Of a stretch of DNA of 64,000 nucleotides, positions 1 through 11,856 are shown piece by piece. Numbering within the stretch: position 1 is the first letter of the stretch; each line of letters opens with the position of its first letter. The notes beneath the pieces are model-generated. The model was not told the origin of the DNA. It saw nothing but the letters and a program-made list of their open reading frames with translations, and did no database searches. A program made the position numbers and the translations under genes. The DNA lies in contig NIVC01001679.1 in NCBI GenBank assembly GCA_002269645.1, forward strand, positions 187,166 through 251,165. Direction: 5' to 3'. This DNA is from Macrostomum lignano (Eukaryota).

Positions 1-120
1 GATTGCTAGGTATCTATAAGGATTCTTTCTATCCAGGGATTCTTGCTATCCAGGGATGCTTGCTATCCAGGGATTCTTGCTATCCAGGGATGCTTGCTAT
101 CCAGGGATGCTTGCTATCTT
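1..120. repeat. 17-bp minisatellite (GGGAT[T/G]CTTGCTATCCA)n, truncated by window start
   Basis: Tandem copies visible directly; explains ORFs 3..200 and 56..265. Confidence 0.85.
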
Positions 121-536
121 GGGAGGGGGGTGCTTGCCGTCTGGGGAAAGCTTTATTTTGTTGTGTACTTTTGTTACTTGTAGAAAAGAGAGATTTATAG
201 AAAACAGTTTTGTCCACAGTTCTGTGGTTTCGTCCATGGCAATTTTACTTTCAGGTGATCTATAAAACTGAAGAAGGAATCGGTTGAAAATGTGCTTTTT
301 ATGGATTTCCATGAAAAATGTTTGCTACTTGCTTATTTGGCGCCCCGAAAATTAACTAGATTGTTAGTATAGTGCTCAAATTAATAAGTTAGCTGAGTCA
401 CTACCAGTCAGACAGGGTCAGAGAATCTCCCCTCGCCTCCACCTCCACCTCCACATCGTCTATGTCTCACCTTTAAGTCGCGCACGTAGAGTCACCCACC
501 CCTTGCTGTGCAGCCACCCCTAAACTAATTACATAG

Positions 537-629
537 ACGGCTGCAAAGATGGACATTAGCCCTGCAGTGAGATGGGCGAAGCCCGAGCCCGACGAGTATC
601 TGCCGCTCCTGCAGGAGTACAAGAGCTGA
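537..629 (+). CDS. Possible terminal exon of an upstream gene (TAAKMDISPAVRWAKPEPDEYLPLLQEYKS*)
   Basis: ACATAG acceptor at 531-536, then an open GC3-rich frame ending in TGA at 627-629. No family recognised. Confidence 0.25.
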   Translation, partial: TAAKMDISPAVRWAKPEPDEYLPLLQEYKS

Positions 630-759
630 AAAAGTTGAGTGATGCAAGACACGCTGTGCCAGATGCTGGATAAAAACTTGGCTTCAATTAATTGGTTGCA
701 TCAAAATTGGAACTCTAGGCAATGGCTGGTCATTGCCATGAAGAGAAATTTTGGGCATT

Positions 760-808
760 GTCGCCTAAAGTGCGCCAGGGTGCGTGGCATCCCTGCTTCT
801 AATAAAAA
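760..808 (+). mobile_element. Diverged 3' end fragment of the tRNA-derived SINE
   Basis: GTCGCCTAAAGTGCGCCAGGGTGC...CCTGCTTCTAATAAAAA matches the SINE tail at 9988-10050 (minus strand). Confidence 0.65.
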
Positions 809-1444
809 TCGATGCCAAAATACGACATTCTTGACATCTCAAAGCCGCTTCATCGTTTTTTATGTTGAAAAATGTGTGAAAACTTCCGCAAAATCTTTGC
901 GAAATGAAATTACACTATTGTCATAGGCATGAAAACTTTGCAAGGCTTCCTATCAAAGAGTATATCCAATATTAATTTTTTAGTTTCCTGTTTGTCAATT
1001 TCCACACTATAAATTTACTTAGTGGAACCTGATCTGGGTACTGCAGTTGACACCCATGCAGTATTGTACAGAATTGTAGATAAAATTGTGCAAATTTCGT
1101 CTTTTTTATGAATATTAAAGTAAAAGTCAGGCCCAGTTGTAAAAGTCAAAAAGCAATCTACAATCTAGCAGCTTACTGCACCTGAGAGTTGGCATCCGGC
1201 AGCGGGGTTGGCGCGACATGCAAACATTTATCTTGGAGACTGCATTCTCGGATGTTTAACACCGGTTCAGACTGGGCTGACTAAAAGTTTTCCCAGTGCG
1301 TTCAGTTTTTGCAGACGCTGCAAGCTGGAGAATCTATCGTATGTTGAAATTAAAATATTCTGCAAAATGATTAACCACATTTAGCTAATCATTATTTATA
1401 AACGCTTGATATTCTGATAAGCTCTATAGAGAAGTCTGCCCTGC

Positions 1445-1620
1445 AAAATGCTGTGGCTTACGGGGAGCTGCTGAGATGCCAAGACTAATGAGGGGAATTG
1501 CTGACAGGTCAAGACTTACGGGGGGAATTGTTTGAGATTTTGAAGCCTATGAGGGAGCTGCTGAGAAGTTGAGGCTCAAGGCTTATGGGGGAATTTCTAA
1601 AATGCTAAAACTCACCCTGG
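1445..1620. repeat. Degenerate ~29-bp repeat (GGAATTGCTGAGATGCCAAGGCTTAC core)
   Basis: Same core recurs at 35530-35635 (reverse) and 59686-59825. Confidence 0.6.
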
Positions 1621-1896
1621 TTTTAGGATTAGGGTTTAGGGTCAGTTTTGGAGGTTAGAGTTAGGGTTCCATCTTGAATAATTGCCATGTCAACCATAAA
1701 AGACTTATGGAGGAATTCCTAAGATTTCAATTCTCATGGGGGGCTTTCTAAGATGTCCTGACTATCCTAACTTTCTAAGACATTCCTAAAATGTCAAGGC
1801 TTTTGTTTTTGGCTAATAGAAATTTGTATGGGACTTTTAGTGGGGAGTTTTAGGCTGTTGGGCGATTGTTAAATAGTCAAGAAGTACAGCTTAAGT

Positions 1897-2791
1897 GAGT
1901 CAGCTGACTCTTCTAGTTCCCTCTCGAAATGGAAATTGCAGTCTGGTGACATCTCCGAGTACAGGGTTCTGCGAGTGCTCAAGAGTGCTAGCAAGATCGA
2001 CTGTCTGAGCAGTTCCGATGCGGCCGAAGCTGCCTACGCTGTCTCATTCAGCGCTGAGTCGGTTGACTGCACCCTGCTGGTGTGCCACCGAGGCAGCAAG
2101 GACGCCTGCCGAAAGTGCCGGCACGAGAGAGATGCTGGCCTGGCGAAGCTGTGGGTGAGTAGCACAACTCAGTGATCAGGATACTGCCGAGTTGTAACAG
2201 AGCCAGCTCTCATGCGAAACTTCATCTCTTGTTAATTTCAGTTCAAAGAGCCGTTGGGCTGCTGGACGACGTTCCAGCACAGAGTCGACGGCTCCGTCAG
2301 CTTCAACCGGAACTGGGGGGACTACGTGAACGGATTCGGTCAGGGCGAGAGACTCAACTACTGGATGGGACTGGAGCAGCTCCACCAGCTGACCGCCACT
2401 GGAGTGTGGAGAGTCCGCTGGGAGTTTCAGCGACTTTAGCAGCACCTGGTACTGGGCTGAGAATGCTCCGTTCTCTGTTTGCCCAGTGGCCGATAAGTAC
2501 AGGTGCTCGATGGGACCTCTGGATGTGAGCAGGTCGAGTGTCGGTCAGGGAATCGGAGCAGAGTATTTGCCGGATAGCCATCAGTTCAGCACGCCTGATA
2601 ATGACAATGACGCGTGGAGTTCCGGCAACTGCGCTGCCGAGAAGTCAGCAGGCCGGTGGTATGGACAGTGCATCGCCATCAACCCGAACGGAATCTACTA
2701 CCCTGGTGAAATAGGTGGCATAGTACACTACCTGTACGACTCGGGAAACGTTTTTATGAAGACTTTCGAGCTGCTCATTTATAAGGAATAA
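1897..2791 (+). pseudogene. PAN-like + fibrinogen C-terminal (FReD) gene, copy 1; frameshifted and lacking the signal-peptide start
   Basis: Exons 1897-2154 and 2242-2791 with a phase-0 GTGAGT..TTTCAG intron. FReD motifs FQHRVDGSVSFNRNW, YWMGLEQLH, FSTPDNDND, NPNGIY. Extra T in GAGTTTCAGC (~2425) versus GAGTTCAGC in copies 2 and 3. In-frame TAA at 1870-1872 and no ATG before 1897. Confidence 0.8.
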
Positions 2792-4888
2792 ATATTCTGC
2801 TTCGATTCGAGCAGCTGCTCATATGATCAGCAACATCGGCTGATGCTCGTGGATGAACCGACCTGAGAAACTTTTACTAAACAATATCTTTTAAATACTG
2901 TTATAGTGCTTTAAACTCATATTTTTGGGACCTTTTTAGACTCGGGATTTTTGGGAACTGTCTACTGAGATCCAGTGGCAGTGAGCCGCTTTAATTTCTG
3001 TTTGTTAAATAACATCACTAAATACAAAGCAAACCAAGCAGCTACCTATAGCTAATCGCATTCATATGTGTGGATTTCGAGTTGATCATTTTGTTTTCGA
3101 TTTGATTTGACTGAACTTCTTTGTCAATAGCGTTCTTTTGCTAAGAATACTCATTTCTGAATTGGTGCTCAGGGGTTATGTTATGTTACTTGTTATGCTA
3201 TAGCTAGTACGAGTATTAGGCAGAATCAATGTATTCAGCCAAGAGACGCCCAAAATCAATCACGATATGAAATTTAGGATTTATGAAAACGACTCATCTC
3301 CAGAACGATATAGCATTTGGAATTTAATTTCACCAGTTATGTAAGGTACTAGAGAGAAAAACATATATCTTGATGGTCTCTGCATCACTCTTTGTCAGTC
3401 TCTATATCACCAGCCACCCTTTTGTGAACTGTATACTCTTTTCCCCCGCAGTGTGACTTGTTGTTATATATAACTTTTAGAAGTTTCACTGCGTGACCGG
3501 AAAAGTCAAGAGGATGCAACAAAGAACTGCAGAAGTGCGCAGGATGCAATGCAGAAGCATCGCAGACAACGTGTACGAGCGTACCGATTTGCAACTTCAT
3601 TCGTGACTCTTGTTGTTGTCTTGTTGTTGTTGACTCCTTGTTGTCAGAATGTTTATACAATCCACGGTATTTTGAGGGGCAAATCGAATTACTATACGTT
3701 CGTATTTTTTTCTTTTTTTCGCATTCACTAAATAATGACATTGTCAGCATTGCGCTAAAAAGCCTGCAACATTTCTAATCTCTATAAATCTGGATTCGGC
3801 AATCTCTGGCCGCGAAGCCCCTTCCCGCGGGTCCTTTGAAACTTCACAAGGCATGGGGGGCTTTTTGGACAATACATGTATTTTAACTTTCTCCATACGC
3901 TCGTAATGTTATTAACTCTAAATAGATTATTTGCAAAGAAATTGATAAAGATGGGGGAATGCCGACTTAGGGAAATTGAAAAAAATACGCCCCCCCCCAA
4001 GTAAAACCTATGGGGGGACATGCCAATGCTTTGTCTCCCCACCCCAACATGTGGACCAGTTGACCCGTTATAGAAGTAAAAAATTTTGCTTCAGGGCGAC
4101 AAAACATAGCGCCTGTAGCACCAAAATGCCTGCAGCGCTAGAATGGTGCCTGCGGCGCTAAAATATTGCCTGCGGCGCTAAAATCAGTGCCTGCGACGCT
4201 GAGCGCTGACAACACCGACTCTCAAAATAATGTACATGTACATATAGGAATTTAGTCATGTACATGTAGAATTGTTGGTTTTGTCACCGCACCATAAAAC
4301 CCCACCCACCATGTGTCCTCCTGCATGCATCGAGATCCCGTGTCCCTGCATCCAGATCCCCTGTCCAAACAAATTCAGCCTCTACACAGTAGCTCACTCA
4401 CGCATACGAAGCACTCCCTGTTTTTTCCGCTGCGTTGAGTGGTACGATGTTTTAGTGGTTGTTCCTCCACTCTTCCTCATTTAAAAAGTTGCTTACTCGT
4501 AATAAGGCTTAAAAGTTTTACACTCAATGACGTAAAGTGCCTTATGCAGTTGCAAACTTCAGCACTTTTTTAGCTAAGTCAGGTATGAATTTTCTTACTC
4601 TAAAGCGGCAAAATCTTATATGGCTCGTTAGCGGATATTAATTGTTGATTTATAGCTAATGAAAAGCAAACACAAGATGCTACATTTATGCCTTGCCTTA
4701 CCTTTACTCAGAGAGAGCAAAAGGTAAGCTAAGAACTAAGCGGTAAGCCATATAGAGACGACAAAGCAATTGTTTGTACCGCCATCTTTCTATTGGATAG
4801 CGAGCCAATTAAAAGCCAGCGCGCGCTGCTTCTTCTACACGGTTCTACAGACTGTGTTGCTGCTTGCTGCAGCTCTGACTGCTGAATC

Positions 4889-5629
4889 ATGCGGAGCGGC
4901 ATCAGAGTTCACCTCCAGCTGCTCATGTTGCCACTCCTCCTGTGGCACAGCGCGTCAGGAAGTTTTTACCATCCGAGGCACGGATTTCTCTGCATCCGGC
5001 CCGAGTACCAGACTAATGTGTCAGGCGTCACTTCCGACGTCCTGTGCGCGGATTTGTGCAACAGTGACCAGCGCTGTCAGGCGTTCAGCCTGGCTGACGG
5101 CCCTTGCCAGCTGTTCTTGTTCGACAAGTGCAGCAAGTCGGTGAAGGACTGCGGCTGCTCGAGGAGAGGCCGGGTGTTCGTGAAGCAGCAGCCGGGACTG
5201 GACCCGGGCGCGCTGTGCCCGTCAGGCTACACCATGGACCTGTGCGGCGTGAAGTACAAGGCCCTGCCGACAGCTGCACCGTGGAATACTCAGAGGCAGG
5301 CTTGCGAGTCGACCAGTGGCCTGGCGATCATGGCCGACGTGACCAGCAGCGCTGAGATGTCGCATATCGGGCAGCTTTACGTTAACAACTTCACTGGTGG
5401 CCAGTCGATGTGGCTTCACGGTCTTCAGGCTCCCGGGAGTGTTGAGCCCGACGGAGGCTGGAGCTGGGTCACCTGCAACATCACAGTGTATGCCAGCTTC
5501 TGGGCCAGTGGCGAGCCTAACAATGCCGGCGGAATCGAGGACGCCATTTTTGCGGGCACGCAGTTGGGTGACGCCACGAAGGCGAACTTGAGAGGTGGCT
5601 TGTGCGAGTGCCTGTCACCATTTGATTGA
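4889..5629 (+). CDS. Secreted PAN/apple + C-type lectin domain protein (single exon, 246 aa)
   Basis: Hydrophobic signal peptide; PAN motif CADLCNSDQRCQAFSLADGPCQL; CTLD motifs W..QRQAC, MWLHG, WSW, WASGEPNN (EPN), terminal GLCEC. Confidence 0.88.
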   Translation: MRSGIRVHLQLLMLPLLLWHSASGSFYHPRHGFLCIRPEYQTNVSGVTSDVLCADLCNSDQRCQAFSLADGPCQLFLFDKCSKSVKDCGCSRRGRVFVKQQPGLDPGALCPSGYTMDLCGVKYKALPTAAPWNTQRQACESTSGLAIMADVTSSAEMSHIGQLYVNNFTGGQSMWLHGLQAPGSVEPDGGWSWVTCNITVYASFWASGEPNNAGGIEDAIFAGTQLGDATKANLRGGLCECLSPFD

Positions 5630-5853
5630 GCCAGTGAATTTAATCATCTTCTGAGAAAAAGTTAACGGAAACATATTTTATAAAACTTGTCCCTTTTTGC
5701 TTGTATCGTTTAGTCAACCGATGACTTTACTCGTGACAAAAAACTTTGCAAATAAAATGATAAAGCATATTTAAAACTTGGCCTTTTCCCCATCGGCAAC
5801 ATAGCAGAAGCAATTGAATTAATTGTTCTACTAAAATTTCTTGTCGCGCCCGG

Positions 5854-8239
5854 TGTTACACTTTATACTATCCGGGGTTTTTTTGTCTGGCCCGGATATC
5901 CGAACGCACTTACGATATCCGCCCGGATACTGCCAGGCAAAAAACCTGCTTTGTTTTCTCCTTCCCAGATATCTTGAGCTGCTTTGCATTGTCAGGGCAC
6001 TTTGAGATGTCTCTCCCGGACATCCTACGGCACTGACTCTGCTATCCGGCCCGGAGATCACAAGAAGGGGAAGTTGTCTTAGGACATCCGACTGTAGGTT
6101 GAAAGAGAGGGGTCAGTCTGCGGAGACAGAGGTTTGCTTTAGGACATCCGGCTACTGATATCCGAGGTTTGGAATAGCAAAATTTCGAAATCAATTTTCA
6201 CAAAGTAGAAAAAACTTTTTGCTACTTTTTCAATTGGCAAACATCTGCGTCATGCTTCTTTAACCGAGTATATTTTCAATCACTATTTTGCATTTCACAC
6301 TCTCCAAACAGAAGTAAAATTAAAGCTATTGATACAATACATTGTCAACCGAAAAACTGTTACTTGATTCACCAATCTACATGTAATTCGATCAATCAAA
6401 AACAGGCGATCCGCTGAATGAAGCGTGATGAACCACAGCCTTCTTCAGATGCTTTCCGTTTACACATTTTGACAACCCAGCCAGCTGATAAGTATTTTTG
6501 CCGAGGCATTTGATGATGCGGTAGACCCGCTCACTCCACGTCTTCTGCAGCTTTCCGCCCTTCCTGTCGTCTCGGCGTGTGTTGCGAAGTCTCACCCGAT
6601 CTCGAACCTTGAACTCCTCTGCTCGAGTTCGTAAAGCTGCGTGGCGCTTTTTCATTCGCTGCTGGCTCAGTTTGATTCTCCGCGGGATTAATTTTTGGGA
6701 TGCAGCTCGCTGTTTGTTCTTCTCGATCATCCAACCCCGATTTACAGGTGCAAACTTAGGCTTCGAGGCTGTAGGCAGCAGCGCCGCTGCCTGGTTGCCT
6801 AGCAAAGGTTCGAAACCAAACGCGGCCTGAAATGGTGAAATTCCAGTGACTGAATGTCGTCGGCTATTGTAGGCCAGTTGAATTTCATTGAGGCTGGTGT
6901 CCCAGTCAGTTGGATTCTCTGATGAGCAACACTTTCTTAATAGACTGATGCAGGTCTGGTTCAAGCGTTCGGTCTGTCCGTTAGTCTCTGGGTGATACGC
7001 GCTTGTTACTCGTCTTTCAGTTCCACCAGATTCTAGAAGGACGTCAATAATTGAGTTGCAGAACTCCCGTCCCTGATCGCTGAGGATAATGCGCGGCCAA
7101 CCGAACAGTGCAGAGGTCCTTCAGTTCCTTCGCGATGGATGCAGCTTGGATGTTAGACAGAGGCCGGAATACAGCAAACTTTGTAAATTTACAGCACACT
7201 GTCAGAATGTACCTGGATCCTGAATCGGTGGTCGTTGGCATCGTGATGCAGTCGACACAGAGAAACCCAAAAAGCCTGCTCGCATTGTCCGGTATTTCAA
7301 TCGGATGAATTTCGCTTTGCTTGGTTGAAAATTTCTTGTTGACCACTTTGCACTTGGCACAAGCTTCCATAGCGGATTTGGCCATTGGCGATACAGGGAA
7401 GTCAGCGAAGTACCTCGACGTAAAGAGGCTCAATGTGCTCTTATTACCTACGTGACTTCCCTGAATGTGCAAAGCTTGCAATTTGCTCTTGACTTCTGCG
7501 ATGTCGTAAAGAACTTTGCGCTTCTCTTCAGACCTCCTTCTCTGACTGTCCGCTTTGTTCTTGACTTGATACTCGTAGTACAAGGAGCCTTCATGAATCG
7601 TGAAGTTTTTGCTCTTTTCTCTTATTTTTCTTTTTAGATTATCTCTTTCTTTCGTACTGGAATTTTCCAGCAGCTCAACATACTCGTCGTTCAAAACATA
7701 AAAAACACTTGGTTCAGCTATACTTTAGCCATCGAGAGATAAATTTTTCTAAGGGTAGAACTTCGACAAAAAATAAACTCTATATATCTTAAAAGTTACG
7801 TGTAATATACTCTCTCTAATTTGCGCAACACTTTCCTTTGTGGGCTATTAGCTCGTACACTGATCTTCATTGCACGTACGCTTGTAGTGCTGGCAATGTG
7901 ACGCCAGTCCATTATCGATTTATTCTTAGACTGCACCTCATCTGCCCCTCCCCTGTCTAAGGTGCAGTCAGGGCCCTTCCCTGGCCTCTGAGTCAGCCCC
8001 ATTCTCTCGAAATGATGTCCTGCCCCATTCACATGCGCTTTATCAGGTAAATAACTTGACCACCTTGCCACCCAAATCTTTATTCACCCCGGACAATTTA
8101 AGACCCAGGATATTTCAAAGCCCGATTTTGTTGTGCCTTGGATTATCCAGGGTAACGTAGGTTATCGCAAAGCGACAATAATTTTGCTTTGCGATGTCCC
8201 CCGGACAAATTAAGACCCCGGAGAACAGAAAGCCTAACA
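5854..8239 (-). mobile_element. Ginger1 DNA transposon (gypsy-integrase-related), full length, 2386 bp
   Basis: Ends TGTTA...TAACA with imperfect ~35-bp TIRs (TGTTA.CTTT....TCCGGGGT..TTTGTC.GG); CCGG TSD at 5850-5853 and 8240-8243; no RT, RNase H or LTR. Confidence 0.88.
6392..7694 (-). pseudogene. Ginger1 transposase with one +1 frameshift at ~7109
   Basis: GIN1-like N-terminus KRKIREKSKNFTIHEGSLYY; H2C2 finger (LH..GSHVG...CAKC); D (CVD), then after the shift LFGWPRIILSDQGREF-35 aa-E (NGQTERLNQ); C-terminal FKVRDRV..RKGGKL..W..VY. The 5' start may lie in an upstream exon. Confidence 0.85.
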
Positions 8240-8519
8240 CCGGGTAACTTTTCAATATTGGAGCTGGGTGGGTCAATGGTAAGGAGCGCCATGCATAGCC
8301 AGATGACATTATGAGTTATGATGACATTAGCGCTTGTAAATTACTGTACATGTAAATTACCGCGCCGACCCGTGCAAGAGGTGCTGTTGCTGACTCGGCG
8401 TTTCGTCGACTGCCTGCGGCGCGTGGCGTCCCGGATTCGGTCGGTCGAGTGGCCTTCGTTCGCGACTTGGCCCAGAGACGTGTCCTGTCAAGTTGGTTTC
8501 TAAGGAACCTGACAACGCA

Positions 8520-11500
8520 TTTTGTTGCTGCTGTTGTTTGTTTGTTTTTTTCGCAACGATGCTGATTAAGTATGTTGACTGCACGGTCTTTGCAGCTTGA
8601 GGAACGCGTTCCACAGACGTCGGCCGGCCTCCCGTCTCAGCAGAGGTCACTCATCTTTGGGACGCCGAGCGCGCGCTGGACATCCATCCAGGGTGGAGCT
8701 GGTCTGGTCCGTCTGGTCCTCTAGCCCGCAGTGCTGACAAGTCGCTGCGTCGGTCACTCCGATCCGGTGTGCAAAGGTTGCTAGCTTGATGTTAATCATG
8801 CGACGGGTTTGATCCGAGAGCCTTCCACCCGGATGTCTGGTGTGTCGGGCATTGGATTATGAAGTGTTCGAGGTCCTCCTAGGCCTACTGCGTTGCTGCC
8901 TTAATCGTTGCGAGTTCCGCCTGTGTCGAGGAGCAACCCGGCCCCGCGGGGCGGCTTACCAGCAGCTATCTCAGAGCCATCTGCCCATACACTGAACCCG
9001 GCTCCACCACGCGGGGCCTCGCCGACCGATCCGTCGGTGTACATGTAGATAGTGATGTCCGTATGCTTTTCGCTGAGCCTCTCCAGCGCAGCCTTCCTGT
9101 TTGTTCTCTTCCTGCCTCGCCAGTGCTAGGTAGGCCGCCCGGGGGGGGGGGGTTCCACAGTCAGGCCCGCCCCGATCACGCACAGCCGCTTCAGGAGGCT
9201 GGTCCTGCTCCTAGCTTTCGTGACACAGTGTCGGATGTGCTCGGCGAACGTCAGCCTTCTGTCTATGTAGACACCGAGGTATTTAATCGTCTTAGTTGGA
9301 CGGAACCACTGGCCATTGATAGATATCTCCCCATCTCCCGCCACGCTACATCTTTATTGTTCAGGCTGAACACACCCACCTCGCACTTTTGCGGGTTTAG
9401 ACTGAGGAGCCACTTCTTGCTCCACTCAGCGACGGCAGTCACACCCTTCTGGAGCTTCCTGCTAGCTTTGGTGACAGTTTCGGCTTGGCAACACAGGACC
9501 AGGTCGTCTGCAAACAACCTGATTTTGACCAGCTCCTTAACCTGGTCGACTACGTCGTTAATGTAGATCAGAAAAACAAGACAGGTGATAGCACGCCTCT
9601 TTTGGGCAGCCCTTATTTCATAACAACGGTACGTCCACGGTCATTACCCATGTCGGACCCAGGCCAGCCTGTTGAAGAGCAAAGCCTGGACCCACCGTAT
9701 CAGCCTTGGGTCGAGCCCCATGCGCCGCGTGTTTTCCAGCAGCCCGTCCCGCCAGACCGCGTCAATGCCCTGACACAGGGGAGAGGATTTGGTCTGTCGC
9801 ATTCTGGTGGCCAGTCCTGAAGCCGGAGGAGGAGCCGGAGCGAGGAGCCCGTTGCTTTCCAACGCGTGGTACAATCAATTACTGATCATTCTCTCCCGAT
9901 GGTAGCAGTCAAGCAGATAGGGCGGTACGACGAGGTCAGCTCTGGGTCCGGTGAACCTGATGAATGCGGTCACACCAGCTAGCAGCATCTTTTTTTATTA
10001 GAGGCAGGGGGGTTGTTTGCACCCTGGCGCACTTTAAGCGACATAGGCACACAACCGGCGAGAGGCATTACTGCCCATTCCGCCGACTCCCCTGAGCAGG
10101 CATACAAGCGCGCGGATACGTACGCAGGCACACACTCACACAGGAGTGTACAGCGGCCCTAACTTTCTATCATCGTTAGGCATGTACACTTCACTGCGCC
10201 TTGGGGGGTTGGCTCTCAAGGCCGTTAATTGCACGAGCAGAGCCAAGCCGAGATTCCAATTCAGCCCCAAATTAATGTGACTGCACTTGGAATCGAGCCT
10301 GGGTCGCTGGCACACCAGAGCAGCTGCGCTAGACCGCTGGGCTACGGCCCCCAGCTAGCAGCAGCTGCTTGAGCAGTTGCGGGTGCACTTCGTCGGGTCC
10401 CGGGACTTTGCTACCGTCGTCCAGCGCTCTCCGCACCTCGGCCTCCGTGATCTCCGGGTCCTGACTTCTCGCAGCCTGACGCAAACCTTTATTCAGCTTC
10501 CACTTCATCTGCCGGTTCGTGCGTTGCACCTTTACATTGCTGATCTCGGCGTACATGTACGCCTGGGCGAAGGCCGTGGCCTTGTCAACAGGGGTCACCA
10601 GTCTTTTTTGCCCCTAAGCTATGACCTCGGCAAGCACCCTCGGTGCCTTTTCTTTGCATCCGTTGGCCAGCTTCCACATATCCGCAGCGCTACCTACTCT
10701 CGCAACCCGGCTCCACAACTTATCACTCAGCTCGCTTCTGAACCTGTCCAACGGGTCCACACCATCGCTGGCCGACCCTCCAACTACCTCCTCACGTCCC
10801 TCCGCCGCCGCCTCCGGTTCAGCTTCCCAGGCCAGGCTACAGTAGTTATGTACCACCCGATGCGATCAAGACTGAAAAGTACCATAAAAAGCCATGTTAA
10901 CCAAGCAAGAAGCTTGCCTCCTTCCGCCCTCCCTTTTTTGATTGTCTCGCTCTCGCCTCCATTAGCTCTTCGATCGCTCTCTAGGAAGTACTTTTGATTG
11001 AAACAGTTAGAGTCTCAACCCAGATACCAAAGCTAATAACCTTGACCTACTGAAGTTGAATTGACAAACAACCATTTCTCCATAGTAGACTGAACCTTCG
11101 GTTCATCCAAACAACCAGAACCATTATAACAGTTGAATCAATCGAGCTTCTTATTTGGAATACTTCATTTAGACATTGTATTTTGTAAGATACCATCTTG
11201 AGATTGTGAACATCAAATACAACGGTCTGTAAGTATCCATCGTGTATTTGCATCATCAGGAAAAGTCAGTCGAATCCGCCGCCTAAGTTATTTGGCTCTC
11301 ACATTGATACTTAAAGTAGAAATAGAGCCATAGGAGTGAGAGACCACCCACAGCATATTTGAAATATTTCACCAGTCCGCCGCCTTCCAATGCCAAGTCA
11401 GGCGCTCCTCCTCCTTTAAAACCTCTTGTCACCCTCCGCAGATCAGGATGGGCGCGTGATCCGAGCCGAGCTGCCGCTCTACAGTCAACACAGGCCTCCA

Positions 11501-11780
11501 CTGCCCCGGAAGACGACCAATGCTGTACCACGTGACGTCTGGAGCACTCGGCTGCTCCATGCCTCTACCACGCCTGGTCGGGGACTCATCATTCAGCAGG
11601 GTTACGTCCCTTTCTTCAATCCACTCCTCGAGCAGGTGGGAGCAGCTCACTGCGGGCGTCAGCACGTGCATCCGTATTCCAGCTGCTGCTTTGCGCATTA
11701 GCGTCGTCCATCCAGAGGCCCCATTCACCCTCCGGCCACTTCCGCATCTGCGCTATCGCCACGTCCTCTCCCGGGCTCTT
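8520..11780 (-). mobile_element. Degenerate I-group (Ingi/Nimb-like) LINE: APE endonuclease, RT, RNase H, C-terminal Cys motif
   Basis: EN motifs DDANAQSSSW, LLNDESPTR, SAPDVT, LGSDHAPI (11780-11430); RT motifs SYRPICLT, SPVLFLIYIND, LFADD, KYLGVYID (10600-9130); RNase H YTDGS..GAG..SSTQAEL (9050-8890); CQHCG..CP near 8720. Many frameshifts, deletions and insertions. Confidence 0.8.
9988..10350 (-). mobile_element. tRNA-derived SINE, full length, inserted in the LINE RT
   Basis: Head GGGGCCGTAGCCCAGCGGTCTAGCGC (A box)...GGCTCGATTCC (B box); tail CCTCTAATAAAAAAA; 13-bp TSD CCAGCTAGCAGCA at 9975-9987 and 10351-10363. Confidence 0.9.
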
Positions 11781-11784
11781 CAGC

Positions 11785-11856
<72 letters not shown>

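Noticed and set aside
1622-1668. Interstitial telomeric TTAGGG
   Set aside because: Only scattered degenerate units.
3385-3750. 121-aa minus-strand ORF
   Set aside because: No recognisable motif, splice context or coding bias.
6392-7694. Ty3/gypsy LTR retrotransposon remnant
   Set aside because: No gag, RT, RNase H, LTR or PBS; TIRs, TGTTA ends and CCGG TSD fit Ginger1.
10285-10352. tRNA gene (also 44535-44602)
   Set aside because: No complete cloverleaf or acceptor-stem 3' side; embedded in a poly(A)-tailed, TSD-flanked repeat, so it is a SINE head.
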